Assembly (NCBI GenBank): GCA_963793865.1
Contig: CAWCBP010000001.1
Coordinates: 1,120,001-1,184,000, forward strand
Origin: an uncultured delta proteobacterium
Lineage (GTDB): Bacteria; Desulfobacterota; WTBG01
DNA: 64,000 bases
Direction of reading: 5' to 3'
The position numbers were made by a program, and so were the translations under genes. The notes beneath the pieces are model-generated. The model was not told the origin of the DNA. It worked only from the letters and a program-made list of their open reading frames with translations, and did not search any database. Shown here in pieces: positions 10,561 through 20,723 of this stretch (position 1 is its first letter; every line of letters begins with the position of its first letter).

Positions 10561-11109
10561 ATGGATCTTTTTACGGCAATCAAAGGGCGGCGAAGCGTCA
10601 GAAAATTCAGACCGGATCCGATACCCGCTGAACTCTTACGTGAAATACTTGATGCGGCCCGGTGGGCGCCCTCCTGGGCCAACACCCAGTGCTGGGAACT
10701 GATCGTTGTCAGCGACCCCGAAACGAAGCGGAAGCTGGGGGAGGCGGTGCCTCCCGGGAATCCCGCCCATGCCGCCCTCGGCCGGGCCCCCGTTGTGCTC
10801 GCGGCATGCGCACGCCTGGAGAAGGCCGGGTACTACAAGGGAAATCCGGCAACGGACAAGGGTGACTGGTACATGTTTGACGTTGCCCTGTTTATGCACA
10901 CCCTCACCCTGGCCGCTCATGCCCGGGGACTCGGTTCGGTGCACATAGGGCTCTTTGACGCACGCGCGGCCGCGGAGGTCCTTGAGGTTCCCGAGGGGGT
11001 CGCCGTGGTTGAACTTCTTCCCCTTGGTTATCCTGACGGAGAGCCATCACCCACCTCGCGGAAGGAAGTTGGTGATTTTGTTTCATACGGCACATACGGC
11101 GGCAGGTAG
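10561..11109 (+). CDS. Nitroreductase family protein
   Basis: RRSVRKF, APSWANTQCW, LAAHARGLGS, PLGYP. Confidence 0.92.
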   Translation: MDLFTAIKGRRSVRKFRPDPIPAELLREILDAARWAPSWANTQCWELIVVSDPETKRKLGEAVPPGNPAHAALGRAPVVLAACARLEKAGYYKGNPATDKGDWYMFDVALFMHTLTLAAHARGLGSVHIGLFDARAAAEVLEVPEGVAVVELLPLGYPDGEPSPTSRKEVGDFVSYGTYGGR

Positions 11110-11186
11110 CGCAGAGCCCTGCCACCGTTCAGACAGGTTTTACTTCAGGAACCGTCCTGCGCTTCAGTTGCATAACCGGGAGCGGC

Positions 11187-11837
11187 ATGAGCAGGGGATT
11201 TTTTATTACCTTTGAGGGTGTTGAAGGGTGCGGTAAAACCACCCAGCTGCATCTGCTGAAGGATTTTTTAATCAGCAGGGGCTTTGAGGTTACCGCCACC
11301 CGGGAGCCGGGAGGAACGACGCTGGGCGACAGCATCAGGAAGCTGGTTCTCGCCTCCGCTGCTGATCCCATTGACCACAAGGCGGAGCTGATGCTCTACG
11401 AGGCCTCGCGCGCCCAGCACATGTACGAGGTCATCGGGCCGGCGCTGGCCCGGGGGGATGTTGTTCTCTGCGACAGGTTTGGCGATGCCACCCTCGCCTA
11501 CCAGGGTTACGCGCAGGGCCTGCCCGTGGATTACATTGAAACGCTCAACCGGTTTACCACCGGCAACCGGAACCCGGACTTCACTATTTTAATCGATTGC
11601 CCGGTTGAGCTGGGGCTTGAACGGACCCGTGACAGGGCTGCCCGCACCGGCCAGGGAATATCCGAAGACCGCTTTGAGAAAAAGGACCTCTCCTTCCATG
11701 AGCGGGTGCGTCACGGCTATCTGGAGATTGCGCAGCGCAACAGGGATCGTTTCCTCATCGTCGACGGGAGCGGTGACCCGGCCGTCATCCAGTCGATGCT
11801 GCGGCCGGCGGTGCTTGAACGACTGAAACATCTGTAG
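11187..11837 (+). CDS. tmk: Thymidylate kinase
   Basis: FEGVEGCGKTTQ, TREPGG, DRF, AYQG. Confidence 0.96.
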   Translation: MSRGFFITFEGVEGCGKTTQLHLLKDFLISRGFEVTATREPGGTTLGDSIRKLVLASAADPIDHKAELMLYEASRAQHMYEVIGPALARGDVVLCDRFGDATLAYQGYAQGLPVDYIETLNRFTTGNRNPDFTILIDCPVELGLERTRDRAARTGQGISEDRFEKKDLSFHERVRHGYLEIAQRNRDRFLIVDGSGDPAVIQSMLRPAVLERLKHL

Positions 11838-11854
11838 CAGGGGTTTTCCCGACC

Positions 11855-12892
11855 ATGGCGTTCGGATCAATTAAGGGACACGCGCAGCAGATCACCATGC
11901 TCAGAAGTGCGTTACAGCGGGGAACCGTTGCCCATGCCTATCTGTTCACCGGCATTTCCGGCATCGGCAAAATGACCGTGGCGCATGGACTTGCCAAGTC
12001 GCTCAACTGCAGCTCCGGGCTGGAAGCCGACTTTTGCGATGACTGCGCATCGTGCGTCATGATCAGCGGAGGCACCCATCCCGACGTGCAGGTGATTCAG
12101 CCCGACGGCGATTTTATAAAGATCACCCAGATCAGGACCATGCAGGAGCGCCTGCTCTATGCCCGCTTTTATGAACGCTACCGGGTGGTACTGATTGACC
12201 GGGCTGAAACCATGAACCTCCAATCCGCCAACTGTCTTCTCAAGACCATCGAAGAGCCTCCGGGAAACACGGTCATTATTTTGATTACCCCCCTTCCCTA
12301 CCAGATTCCCGCCACCATCCGTTCCCGCTGCCAGCGGGTCGCCTTCCAGCCGCTCCCTTCAAACCAGATCGAGGAATCGCTGCGGGAGATGCTGGGGGCG
12401 GATTCATCCGGCACCTACCGGCTTGCTGCCGGCATGGCCGGCGGCAGTCTGGGCCGCGCGCTCCGATGGCAGGAGACCGGCATGCTCGCCAGAAGGCAGC
12501 AGCTGCTCGCCCTGCTTTCGGGACCCAACCCGCCGCGCTTAAACGCCCTCCTCGACTGTGCTGATGAGCTGGGCGAAGACCGCGGTGAGCTCCTGGAGCT
12601 GCTTGATCTCTTGCGCTTGTGGATGCGTGATGTTATGATTGCCGGGGAGACGGGAGCGGAAGCGGATATTTTAAACATCGACCTCGCCGGCGAGGTCATG
12701 GCGGCTGCCCGCCGGCTCAGCCTGCCCCATCTCTTCCGGCAGGACATGCTGATCGCGGAGGTTCAGGCGGCACTGAAGGGACCGGCGAATCCCAGGCTGG
12801 CCATTGAGCGGCTGCTGCTCGCGCTGGCCCTTGCTCCCGGCGGCAGCGAAGCCGCGACGCCGGTTAACAATCCTACCATGCCTGCCAATTGA
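11855..12892 (+). CDS. holB: DNA polymerase III delta' subunit
   Basis: HAYLFTG, zinc-binding Cys cluster, HPDV, ANCLLKTIEEPP, TIRSRC; follows tmk. Confidence 0.93.
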   Translation: MAFGSIKGHAQQITMLRSALQRGTVAHAYLFTGISGIGKMTVAHGLAKSLNCSSGLEADFCDDCASCVMISGGTHPDVQVIQPDGDFIKITQIRTMQERLLYARFYERYRVVLIDRAETMNLQSANCLLKTIEEPPGNTVIILITPLPYQIPATIRSRCQRVAFQPLPSNQIEESLREMLGADSSGTYRLAAGMAGGSLGRALRWQETGMLARRQQLLALLSGPNPPRLNALLDCADELGEDRGELLELLDLLRLWMRDVMIAGETGAEADILNIDLAGEVMAAARRLSLPHLFRQDMLIAEVQAALKGPANPRLAIERLLLALALAPGGSEAATPVNNPTMPAN

Positions 12893-12899
12893 GGTTTTT

Positions 12900-13730
12900 A
12901 TGATAAAGCGAATGGCACAAATCAGGTTTTTGAGGGGCAATCTCGCCGCCATGTGCGACGCGCGCGACCTTGACCTGGCTGCAGGCGACAGGGTGATGGT
13001 GGAGTGGGAGGATGCGCTTAAAATGGGTTCCGTCGTCTCCTTCAAGGAGGTTGAAACCGGAGACCCCCTCCCCAAGCACTATGCCCGGGTGATACGCAAG
13101 GCAACCGAGGCCGATCTCGATTACGAATCGCGGAAGGAGCCCAAGGAGCGGGATGTATACCGCGCCTGCGTCCAGAAGATCAAAGAGGCGGGGCTCCCCA
13201 TGATCCTGATTGACGTGGAGTACGTCCCCGCTTCCAACAAATTCATCTGCTCCTTTACCGCTGACGGCAGAGTGGATTTTCGCAACCTGGTCAAAACCCT
13301 CGCATCCGATTTTCATGCCCGGGTTGAAATGAAGCAGATCGGCGCGCGAAACCGCTCCAAGCTCATCGGGGGAACCGGGCGCTGCGGCCGGGTGCTCTGC
13401 TGCGCCTCCTTCCTCCAGGATTTTGATCCCATAACCGTGCGCATGGCCAAGGACCAGGGATTGTCCCTGGACCCCACGAAAATATCCGGCGTCTGCGGAC
13501 GCCTGATGTGCTGCCTTTCCTATGAGCACGAGACCTACTGCGGCTATAAAAAGCACCTTCCCAAGTGCGGGAAAAAGGTGACCATGGAGTGCGGGGCGGG
13601 AAAAATCACCAAGCAGGACATTTTGCGGCAGCGGGTCTGGGTTAAGCTTGATGCCGGCGGCAAGGAAGTGGAAGTAACGCTCGAGGATCTGAAGAAGGAG
13701 GGGCTGCTCAAGCCCGCGAAAAAAAAGTGA
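12900..13730 (+). CDS. PSP1-domain protein (YaaT/RicT family)
   Basis: GRVDFR, CGRVLCC, MAKDQGL, KISGVCGRLMCCL; ATG 12900 after GAGG. Confidence 0.92.
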   Translation: MIKRMAQIRFLRGNLAAMCDARDLDLAAGDRVMVEWEDALKMGSVVSFKEVETGDPLPKHYARVIRKATEADLDYESRKEPKERDVYRACVQKIKEAGLPMILIDVEYVPASNKFICSFTADGRVDFRNLVKTLASDFHARVEMKQIGARNRSKLIGGTGRCGRVLCCASFLQDFDPITVRMAKDQGLSLDPTKISGVCGRLMCCLSYEHETYCGYKKHLPKCGKKVTMECGAGKITKQDILRQRVWVKLDAGGKEVEVTLEDLKKEGLLKPAKKK

Positions 13731-13743
13731 GGCATCACTAGCC

Positions 13744-15282
13744 ATGTCCGGCACCTTTTTTGTCACCACCCCCATCTATTACGTCAACGATGTCCCGCAC
13801 ATCGGCCACGCCTACACCACCGTGGCCGCCGATGTGCTCGCCCGCTACCACCGCCTGGCCGGTGACACCGTGCTGTTTATCACCGGCACCGATGAGCACG
13901 GGCAGAAGGTGCAGGATGCGGCCCGCAGGCGCGGCATATCCCCCCAGCTGCACTGCGATGAAATGGTCCTCCGCTATCGCGAGCTCTGGTCGGCGCTCAA
14001 CATTTCCAACGATGATTTCATCCGCACCACGGAGGACCGGCACAAGAAAATCGTCCGGGAGGTCCTGGCGGAACTGCACGCCCGGGGAGATATTTACAAG
14101 ACCAGCTATGAAGGGTGGTACTGCGTCCCTGATGAGCGCTTCTGGACGGAAAAGGATCTTGCCGGCGGCAGGTGTCCCGAGTGCGGGCGCGAGGTTCAGC
14201 AGATAGAGGAATCAAACTACTTCTTCCGCATGAGCAGCTACCAGCAATGGCTCATCAGCTACATCGATGAGCACAGGGATTTCATTCTGCCCCGGACCCG
14301 CCGCAATGAGATCCTGGGCTTCCTGCGGCAGCCGCTCACCGATCTCTGCATCTCCCGCCCTCGTCAGCGCCTCTCCTGGGGAATCCCCATTCCCTTTGAC
14401 GAGGAGTACGTCACCTACGTCTGGTTTGACGCGCTCATCAACTACGTGAGCACGGCCGGCTACCGTACCCGGGACCGGGAATTTTTTCCCTTCTGGGAAA
14501 ACGCCGTCCACCTTATCGGCAAGGACATCCTCACCACCCATTGCGTGTACTGGCCCACCATGCTCAGGGCGCTGGGCTTAAACCCGCCCCGCACCATTTT
14601 TGCGCACGGATGGTGGACCGTCGAGGGACAAAAAATGTCCAAGTCGCTCAATAACGTTGTTGACCCGGGCAGTCTCGTCAGGGACTTTGGCGTTGATGCC
14701 GTCCGCTTCTTTCTCCTGCGGGAAGGCACCTTCGGCCTGGATGCCGACTTTTCCCGCACGGCCTTCATTCACCGGGTCAACGGCGATCTGGCCAACGACC
14801 TGGGCAACCTCTTCAACCGCACACTGGCCATGACTTCAAAATACTTCGGCGGCGTCATACCCGCGCCTTCAACCCCCGGGGACAGTGACCGGCGGCTGCA
14901 GGAAACGGCAGTGGAGGCGGTCAAAAAGGTACATGCCGCCATGGAGGAAATCGCCTTCCACCGGGCGCTTGACGCCGTCTGGGAGCTGGTGGGCATGACC
15001 AACAAGTACATTGATGAAAGCGCCCCCTGGTCCCTGGCCAAACGGGCCGGCGGTGAAGAGCAGCTGGCAACGGTCATGTATCACGTGCTTGAATCTCTCC
15101 GCTTCATCGCCGTTCTGCTCTTTCCCTTCATCCCCGCATCTGCGGAGCGCATGCGGGAGGCGCTGGGCATACAGGAGCAGCCGGACAGCAGCAGCCTTGA
15201 CTCCCTCAGGCAGTGGGGCGCCATGATGCCCGGAAATCCGGTAACCCACATACCCCAGCTCTTTCCGCGCATTGAGACGTAA
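13744..15282 (+). CDS. metG: Methionine--tRNA ligase (short form, no C-terminal tRNA-binding domain)
   Basis: TTPIYY, HIGH, GTDEHG, YVWFDAL, KMSKS. Confidence 0.97.
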   Translation: MSGTFFVTTPIYYVNDVPHIGHAYTTVAADVLARYHRLAGDTVLFITGTDEHGQKVQDAARRRGISPQLHCDEMVLRYRELWSALNISNDDFIRTTEDRHKKIVREVLAELHARGDIYKTSYEGWYCVPDERFWTEKDLAGGRCPECGREVQQIEESNYFFRMSSYQQWLISYIDEHRDFILPRTRRNEILGFLRQPLTDLCISRPRQRLSWGIPIPFDEEYVTYVWFDALINYVSTAGYRTRDREFFPFWENAVHLIGKDILTTHCVYWPTMLRALGLNPPRTIFAHGWWTVEGQKMSKSLNNVVDPGSLVRDFGVDAVRFFLLREGTFGLDADFSRTAFIHRVNGDLANDLGNLFNRTLAMTSKYFGGVIPAPSTPGDSDRRLQETAVEAVKKVHAAMEEIAFHRALDAVWELVGMTNKYIDESAPWSLAKRAGGEEQLATVMYHVLESLRFIAVLLFPFIPASAERMREALGIQEQPDSSSLDSLRQWGAMMPGNPVTHIPQLFPRIET

Positions 15283-15293
15283 CCCGCACAGCC

Positions 15294-15866
15294 ATGGCTA
15301 AACCCATTTTTAATCTCGCCAATAACATAACCCTCTTCAGGATCGTTCTCGTGCCCATCCTGATCGTGATTGTGCTCGATTCCAGCAGCAGGTCCTCCTG
15401 CCTCATCGCAGCGCTGCTTTTTGCCTTTGCCGCGTTTACGGACTGGCTCGACGGCTACATCGCGCGCCGGCAGAACCTGGTGACCTCCCTGGGGAAATTT
15501 CTTGATCCGCTGGCCGACAAGCTGCTGGTCAGCGTCACCCTGATCATGCTCCTTTCACTCAAGCGGGTGCCCGCGTGGATGGTCGCGGTCATTATTGCCC
15601 GGGAAGTTGGCGTGACCGGCCTGCGCATTGCCGCGGCGAGTGACGGCATCATCATGGCATCAAGCAGGCTGGCCAAATACAAGACCGCCTTCCAGCTGGT
15701 TGCAGTCGTAGCGCTGCTCATCCACTACACCTATGCCGGCATAGACTTTCACCTGGTCGGAATGATCGTGCTCTGGATTGCCCTGTTTGTTACCCTCTGG
15801 TCGGGTATTGTCTATTTCATCAGGTTTTTCAAAAAAACCCTCTCCCCCACCCAGGGGTCGCAGTGA
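15294..15866 (+). CDS. pgsA: CDP-diacylglycerol--glycerol-3-phosphate 3-phosphatidyltransferase
   Basis: NNITLFR, DWLDGYIARR..GKFLDPLADK. Confidence 0.95.
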   Translation: MAKPIFNLANNITLFRIVLVPILIVIVLDSSSRSSCLIAALLFAFAAFTDWLDGYIARRQNLVTSLGKFLDPLADKLLVSVTLIMLLSLKRVPAWMVAVIIAREVGVTGLRIAAASDGIIMASSRLAKYKTAFQLVAVVALLIHYTYAGIDFHLVGMIVLWIALFVTLWSGIVYFIRFFKKTLSPTQGSQ

Positions 15867-15964
15867 TGCTGCGCAACATAAACCCGCCAGGCTCATCAGG
15901 CGTGGGGGAATCATGTTCTTCCCCTCGGGAGTGCCGCACATCATGATCACCAGGCGCTGCTTGC

Positions 15965-17131
15965 ATGGATAACCAAGGAAATCAAGCTGCCGCGCGGGTG
16001 TCCATCTCCCGCTGCCCCGACTATCAGCCCGATCACGTCTACCGCAGTATCAAGTCATCCATCGAGCACCTCGGGGGCATGGGAAAATTTGTATCCGCAG
16101 GCGACCGGGTGCTGCTCAAGCCCAATTTTCTCATCGGCAGGTCTCCGGAGCGCTGCGTCAACACCCATCCCGCAGTGGTCCGGGCCGTGGCCAGGCTGGT
16201 GCTCGAGGCGGGCGGAAAGCCTTTTATCGGCGACAGCCCGCAGCTGGGCAGCGCGAAGGGTGTGGCCCAAAAATGTCATATTGACGAGGTCGCCCGGGAG
16301 CTTGGCATAGACATTGTCGAGTTTGAGCCGGTTGAGGTTAAAAATGAACGGGGGAAATACTACCGCCGGTTCGTCGTCGGCAGGGAGGTGCTTGATGCCG
16401 ACGTGCTCATCAACCTCCCCAAGCTCAAGACCCACAGCATGACCCTGCTCACCCTGGCGGTTAAGAATCTGTTCGGCTGCATCCCCGGCCCCCGCAAGGC
16501 GCAGTGGCACTTCAGGCTCTCCCGGAACGGACCTGAATACTTCGCCAGGATGCTGCTGGACCTGTACAGCCTGATCCGGCCGCCGCTCACCATCGTTGAC
16601 GGCATCGTCGCCATGGAAGGCCGCGGGCCGGGCTCCGGTGATCCGCGCCGCCTGGGCCTTATTATCTCCGGCACGGATGCGGTCGCCGTGGACGCGGTCA
16701 CAACCGAGATCCTCGGGGTGGATCCGCAGGACTACCCCACGCTCCGGCTCGCCCTGAGCGAAGGCTACGGCATACCGCGGCTGCGCGACATTGACGTGGC
16801 CGGCGAAGAAATTGATGCGGTCAGGGTTAAGGACTTCATCCTGCCGGTCATGATTTCGGCACCCGGCTCCGCGCGGGCGCTCCTCATGAAGGTGATGAAA
16901 GGCCCCCTTACCACCAGGCCGGTCATAGACGGCAAGCGATGCCGTGGCTGCGCCGGCTGCATGCAGGCGTGCCCGGCAGGCTGCATTACCGAAGATGGAG
17001 AGACGTATACCATCAGCCCCGGGAAGTGCATTCAGTGCCTGTGCTGCATGGAGGTCTGCCCCGAGGGCGCCATTGACCTCAGGGATGGATTCCTGCTTGC
17101 GGCCTTTAAAAAACTGTCTGGGAAACATTGA
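15965..17131 (+). CDS. DUF362 family protein with C-terminal 2x[4Fe-4S] ferredoxin domain
   Basis: LLKPN, NLPKLKTH, KNLFG, MEGRGP, two CxxCxxCxxxCP motifs. Confidence 0.88.
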   Translation: MDNQGNQAAARVSISRCPDYQPDHVYRSIKSSIEHLGGMGKFVSAGDRVLLKPNFLIGRSPERCVNTHPAVVRAVARLVLEAGGKPFIGDSPQLGSAKGVAQKCHIDEVARELGIDIVEFEPVEVKNERGKYYRRFVVGREVLDADVLINLPKLKTHSMTLLTLAVKNLFGCIPGPRKAQWHFRLSRNGPEYFARMLLDLYSLIRPPLTIVDGIVAMEGRGPGSGDPRRLGLIISGTDAVAVDAVTTEILGVDPQDYPTLRLALSEGYGIPRLRDIDVAGEEIDAVRVKDFILPVMISAPGSARALLMKVMKGPLTTRPVIDGKRCRGCAGCMQACPAGCITEDGETYTISPGKCIQCLCCMEVCPEGAIDLRDGFLLAAFKKLSGKH

Positions 17132-17203
17132 CGCGTTCTCTCAGTCGATCACTTCGCCTGAATGAAAGACTGGGACCCTTGTGGATGGAGTTCCGAAGGT
17201 CAC

Positions 17204-18121
17204 ATGAAGAAGCATGTTCTGTTCACGATCTTTCTCCTTGCAGGCAGCTCCGGGCTATTGAACTGCTGTGCGCAGCAGGGTGACGAAACGCCGCCCGCGG
17301 AGGGCGGCGCTCAAAGCCGGCTTACCTTTTCAACATCCGCCAGGGACGGCGCATTGATGGTGCTCATACCGGAGGGTAATTTCTTTATGGGCGATCCCGC
17401 CGGGGAGGAGGTATACTACGACGAGAATCCCTGCCGCACCATACATCTCGACGCCTTCTGGATCGATTGCTACGAAGTTACCAACAGGCACTATAAGCGC
17501 TTCGTTGATGAAACGGGACATCGTGCCCCATTCGTGGATACCGACTGGGCCCGGCCCTATAACTGGATAAACAACACCTACCCGCCCGGAACGGCCGATT
17601 TCCCCGTGGTGCTGATCAGCTGGGAGGATGCGGCGGCTTACGCCGGGTGGGCGGGCAAGCGCCTTCCCACTGAGGCGGAGTGGGAGAAGGCATCCCGCGG
17701 CGGGCTGGAAAAAAAACGGTATCCCTGGGGCGATGCGATTGATGCACAACATGCCAACCATTTCACCAGCATCACCGCCCGGAATGGGCTGAAGCCGGTC
17801 GGTTCCTTCCCCGCCAACGCCTATGGCCTGCATGATATGGCGGGGAACGTCTGGGAATGGTGCAGCGACTGGTACGGGCAGACCTATTACCGGGGGGCTC
17901 CTGAAGCCAACCCCCGGGGACCGGAGTCAGGCTTGTATCGTGTTTTTCGCGGGGGAGCATGGGTAAACCGGGGAGAGCAGCTGCGATGTTCTGAACGCGC
18001 CAGAAATGTCCCCTCTCACCAGAGTCACATCATCGGGTTCCGCTGCGCCCGCCCGGCTGAAGCGGGAGAGGCACCTGCAGGAGGAATACAGGCGCGGCAG
18101 GATGCAAATCCATCCTCGTAA
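17204..18121 (+). CDS. Formylglycine-generating enzyme (SUMF1/FGE-sulfatase) family exported protein, probable lipoprotein
   Basis: EVTN, RLPTEAEWEKA, GLHDMAGNVWEW, RGGAW, GFRCA; N-terminal signal ending in Cys. Confidence 0.9.
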   Translation: MKKHVLFTIFLLAGSSGLLNCCAQQGDETPPAEGGAQSRLTFSTSARDGALMVLIPEGNFFMGDPAGEEVYYDENPCRTIHLDAFWIDCYEVTNRHYKRFVDETGHRAPFVDTDWARPYNWINNTYPPGTADFPVVLISWEDAAAYAGWAGKRLPTEAEWEKASRGGLEKKRYPWGDAIDAQHANHFTSITARNGLKPVGSFPANAYGLHDMAGNVWEWCSDWYGQTYYRGAPEANPRGPESGLYRVFRGGAWVNRGEQLRCSERARNVPSHQSHIIGFRCARPAEAGEAPAGGIQARQDANPSS

Positions 18122-18194
18122 AATGGTTTTTTATCATTGTATGATGGATGTGGGGTGAAATATTTTTCGCCCATACAAATAGAATGGCATTTCT

Positions 18195-18517
18195 GTAGGG
18201 GCGAACCTGTGTGTTCGCCCTTATTGTACCTGTGCATTCAGGGCAGACACATAGGTCTGTCCCTACGGATACAACGGTACCATCATTTGGGCAGACACAT
18301 AGGTCTGCCCCTACCGAAACAACATTGTGATCATTTGGGAAAACACGCATTCGGGGATTCTGTCCAATTCGATATCATTGCAAACCATTGAATGATTTCC
18401 TGTGCATTCAGGGCAGACACATAGGTCTGCCCCTACGGATACAACGGTACCATCATCTGGGCAGACACATAGGTCTGCCCCTACAGAAACAACATTATGA
18501 TCATTTGGGAAAACACG
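18195..18517. repeat. REP array beside the RAYT gene: five GTAG-REP units, including a ~119-bp duplication with 170-bp period
   Basis: gggcagacacataggtctg(c/t)ccctac at 18241, 18289, 18411 and 18459; inverted unit at 18195-18220; 18229-18347 is nearly identical to 18399-18517. Confidence 0.9.
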
Positions 18518-19118
18518 TGCCAAATTTGGGGTTTTCTGTATCCAATTCCCATTGCAGGGGATTGTTCACAATGTATTCGCGGATTTTGTCTAATTCGTTA
18601 TCGTTGCGGATAATGTGTTCATAATAATTGCGCTGCCAGAGACGGATGTCGAACGAGGGCCAGCCTGATGTTTTCACCCCGCGTATATATTCGTTTGTGG
18701 TCATTGTTTTAAACCATTGTATAATTTTCTGTAGGGGCGCACCTGTGTGTGCGCCCTTATTATCATTATTTTGTGTGCCGCCTGAATTTGGGCAGACACA
18801 TAGGTCTGCCCCTACAGAAACAACATTACCATCATTTTGCGGGTCTGCTCCTACGGTAATCACGATTATTCCGTGCATGTGATTAGGCATTACAACGAAT
18901 TCATCCGTTCCTACGTTTGAGAATTTACGATTTAATTCATTCCACCATTTTTCGATCATCCTCCCTGCATTATTCAACCGCATTCCCCCATTTATAATTT
19001 CCCCAAATAAACATGCTCGATGCTGTGTGCAAATCGTTGTAAAATAGGCCCCTGATCGGGAGTAATCATACCCTTTCAGCCGTATGGAGCGGCGATTTTG
19101 TTTATCCGGATCGCACAT
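18501..19118 (-). mobile_element. REP-associated tyrosine transposase (RAYT, Y1 HUH nuclease)
   Basis: RRSIRL.GYDY, YFTTICT, MPNHMHG (HUH), WQRNYYEHIIR, catalytic Tyr in EYIVNNP; REPs flank and lie inside the gene. Confidence 0.93.
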
Positions 19119-19155
19119 TGCTATTGTCTGCTAATTATCCTGCCCAACGAGGGTA

Positions 19156-19977
19156 CTACTTCTGGCACTTCGGGCAGTAGTGGGAGCTGCGGCCGCCGAG
19201 CCGCATCCGCTCAATGGGGGTGCCGCATCGGAGGCAGGGTTCTCCCCGACGCTGATAGACGCGGTGATTATCCTGGTAGCTTCCGTTCTCGTTAAATGCA
19301 GTACGGTAATCGGAGACGGTATCTCCGTTGCAGGCGATGGCTTCGCGCAATATCAGGCATACTGCCTGATGCAGTTTATCAAGCCTTACTCCCTTAATGC
19401 TGCACGAGGGTGTGCAGGGATGTATTCCCGCCTCAAATAATATTTCATCGGAATAGATATTCCCGATCCCGGCAATCCTCTTCTGGTCCAGCAGCAGCTG
19501 CTTGATCCGCACCCTGGAATTAATCACTCCGTTCAGCACGGCAGGGGTAAAATTCCTTTGCAGCGGTTCGGTACCCATGCGCAGTATGCGTTCAATATTC
19601 CCCTTGCCGGTCAGGTATATCTCCCCGAACCGCCGGGGATCTCTGAAGAGGATGCGCTCACCCGCGCCGAATTCGATGATTACATGGGTGTGTTTATCCC
19701 TGCGCACGGGACGTCCGGGGCTGCTCCATAGCATTTGGCCGGTCATGCCCAGCCGGAACACGATCACATCCGGGGAATCAAGAAATATGAGCAGCGCCTT
19801 GCCGCGCCTTTTTACAGCGGTAATGAACCGGTTGCGTGCCCGCTTGACCAGCATGGGCGGGGTAATCTCACGCTTCACCATGGCCGGCTGCAGAATGGTT
19901 ACACGGCTTATGCGCTTTCCTTTAACCGTCCTTGCAAGGTTCCTGCGTATGGTTTCAACTTCCGGGAGTTCGGGCAT
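19156..19977 (-). CDS. mutM: Formamidopyrimidine-DNA glycosylase
   Basis: MPELPEVE, RRGK, LGMTG, AGIGNIYSDE, C-terminal zinc finger. Confidence 0.96.
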   Translation of the reverse strand: MPELPEVETIRRNLARTVKGKRISRVTILQPAMVKREITPPMLVKRARNRFITAVKRRGKALLIFLDSPDVIVFRLGMTGQMLWSSPGRPVRRDKHTHVIIEFGAGERILFRDPRRFGEIYLTGKGNIERILRMGTEPLQRNFTPAVLNGVINSRVRIKQLLLDQKRIAGIGNIYSDEILFEAGIHPCTPSCSIKGVRLDKLHQAVCLILREAIACNGDTVSDYRTAFNENGSYQDNHRVYQRRGEPCLRCGTPIERMRLGGRSSHYCPKCQK

Positions 19978-19984
19978 AGGAGGA

Positions 19985-20180
19985 GGGGTCAGGGTACAGG
20001 GTAAAGGGTTCAGGGTACAGGGTTCAGGGTGCAGAAGATGCTGGATACGGGGTTAAAGAATAGTTGACAGTTAGCCAGTTGACGGTTGACAGGTTTCCAC
20101 GTGCATCCTGTATCATGCATCGTGCATCCTTCCTTCTTTCTTCGTGCTCTCCTTCGTTTCTCTTCGTGAACTTCGTGGTT
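19985..20180. repeat. Cluster of degenerate short tandem repeats (mostly 7-mers)
   Basis: (cagggt[a/t])n, ([a/g]gttgac)n, (tgcatc[c/g])n and repeated cttcgtg between def and mutM. Confidence 0.7.
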
Positions 20181-20192
20181 CTTTTTCTGGAA

Positions 20193-20702
20193 TCAAACTT
20201 TTCGTTCCGCAGCGCGCTCCTTGGCCTCCTTGCGCAGCCTGCTGGTAAGCAGCTCCCGCTTCAGCCGCGACACCTTGTCAACGATGAGTATGCCGTCCAG
20301 ATGCTCCATCTCGTGCTGCAGGGCGCGCGCCAGCAGGCCTTCCGCCGGAATGGTGACCTCTTCGCCTTTCTCGTTGCGGCCGCGCACGGTTATCTTTTCG
20401 CTTCGCGTCACCTCGACCGTCACCCCGGGCAGGCAGAGGCAGCCCTCTTCCATCTGCCCCTCTCCGCTTCGCTCAAGCGCCTCGGGATTGATCAGCGCCA
20501 CCAGGCCCTCACCCACGTCGACGATGATTACACGGAGATGAACGCCTATCTGCACCGCCGCCAGGCCGATACCCCGCTGGGAGTACATGGTTTCAGCCAT
20601 ATCATCGATAAGTTTCCGGACCTCTTCCGTAACCGCCTTAACCGGCTGAGATTTCTTTCTCAGCAAAGGGTGGGGATAGGTCACAACCTCGCGCAGTGCC
20701 AT
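20193..20702 (-). CDS. def: Peptide deformylase
   Basis: GIGLAAVQ, EGCL, QHEMEHLDG. Confidence 0.96.
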   Translation of the reverse strand: MALREVVTYPHPLLRKKSQPVKAVTEEVRKLIDDMAETMYSQRGIGLAAVQIGVHLRVIIVDVGEGLVALINPEALERSGEGQMEEGCLCLPGVTVEVTRSEKITVRGRNEKGEEVTIPAEGLLARALQHEMEHLDGILIVDKVSRLKRELLTSRLRKEAKERAAERKV

Positions 20703-20723
20703 GCTGTCATCCTCATTGCTGTA

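Noticed and set aside
18195..18517. Possible CRISPR array
   Set aside because: Spacers are themselves duplicated, one unit is inverted, there are no cas genes, and the repeats are GTAG-REPs next to a RAYT.
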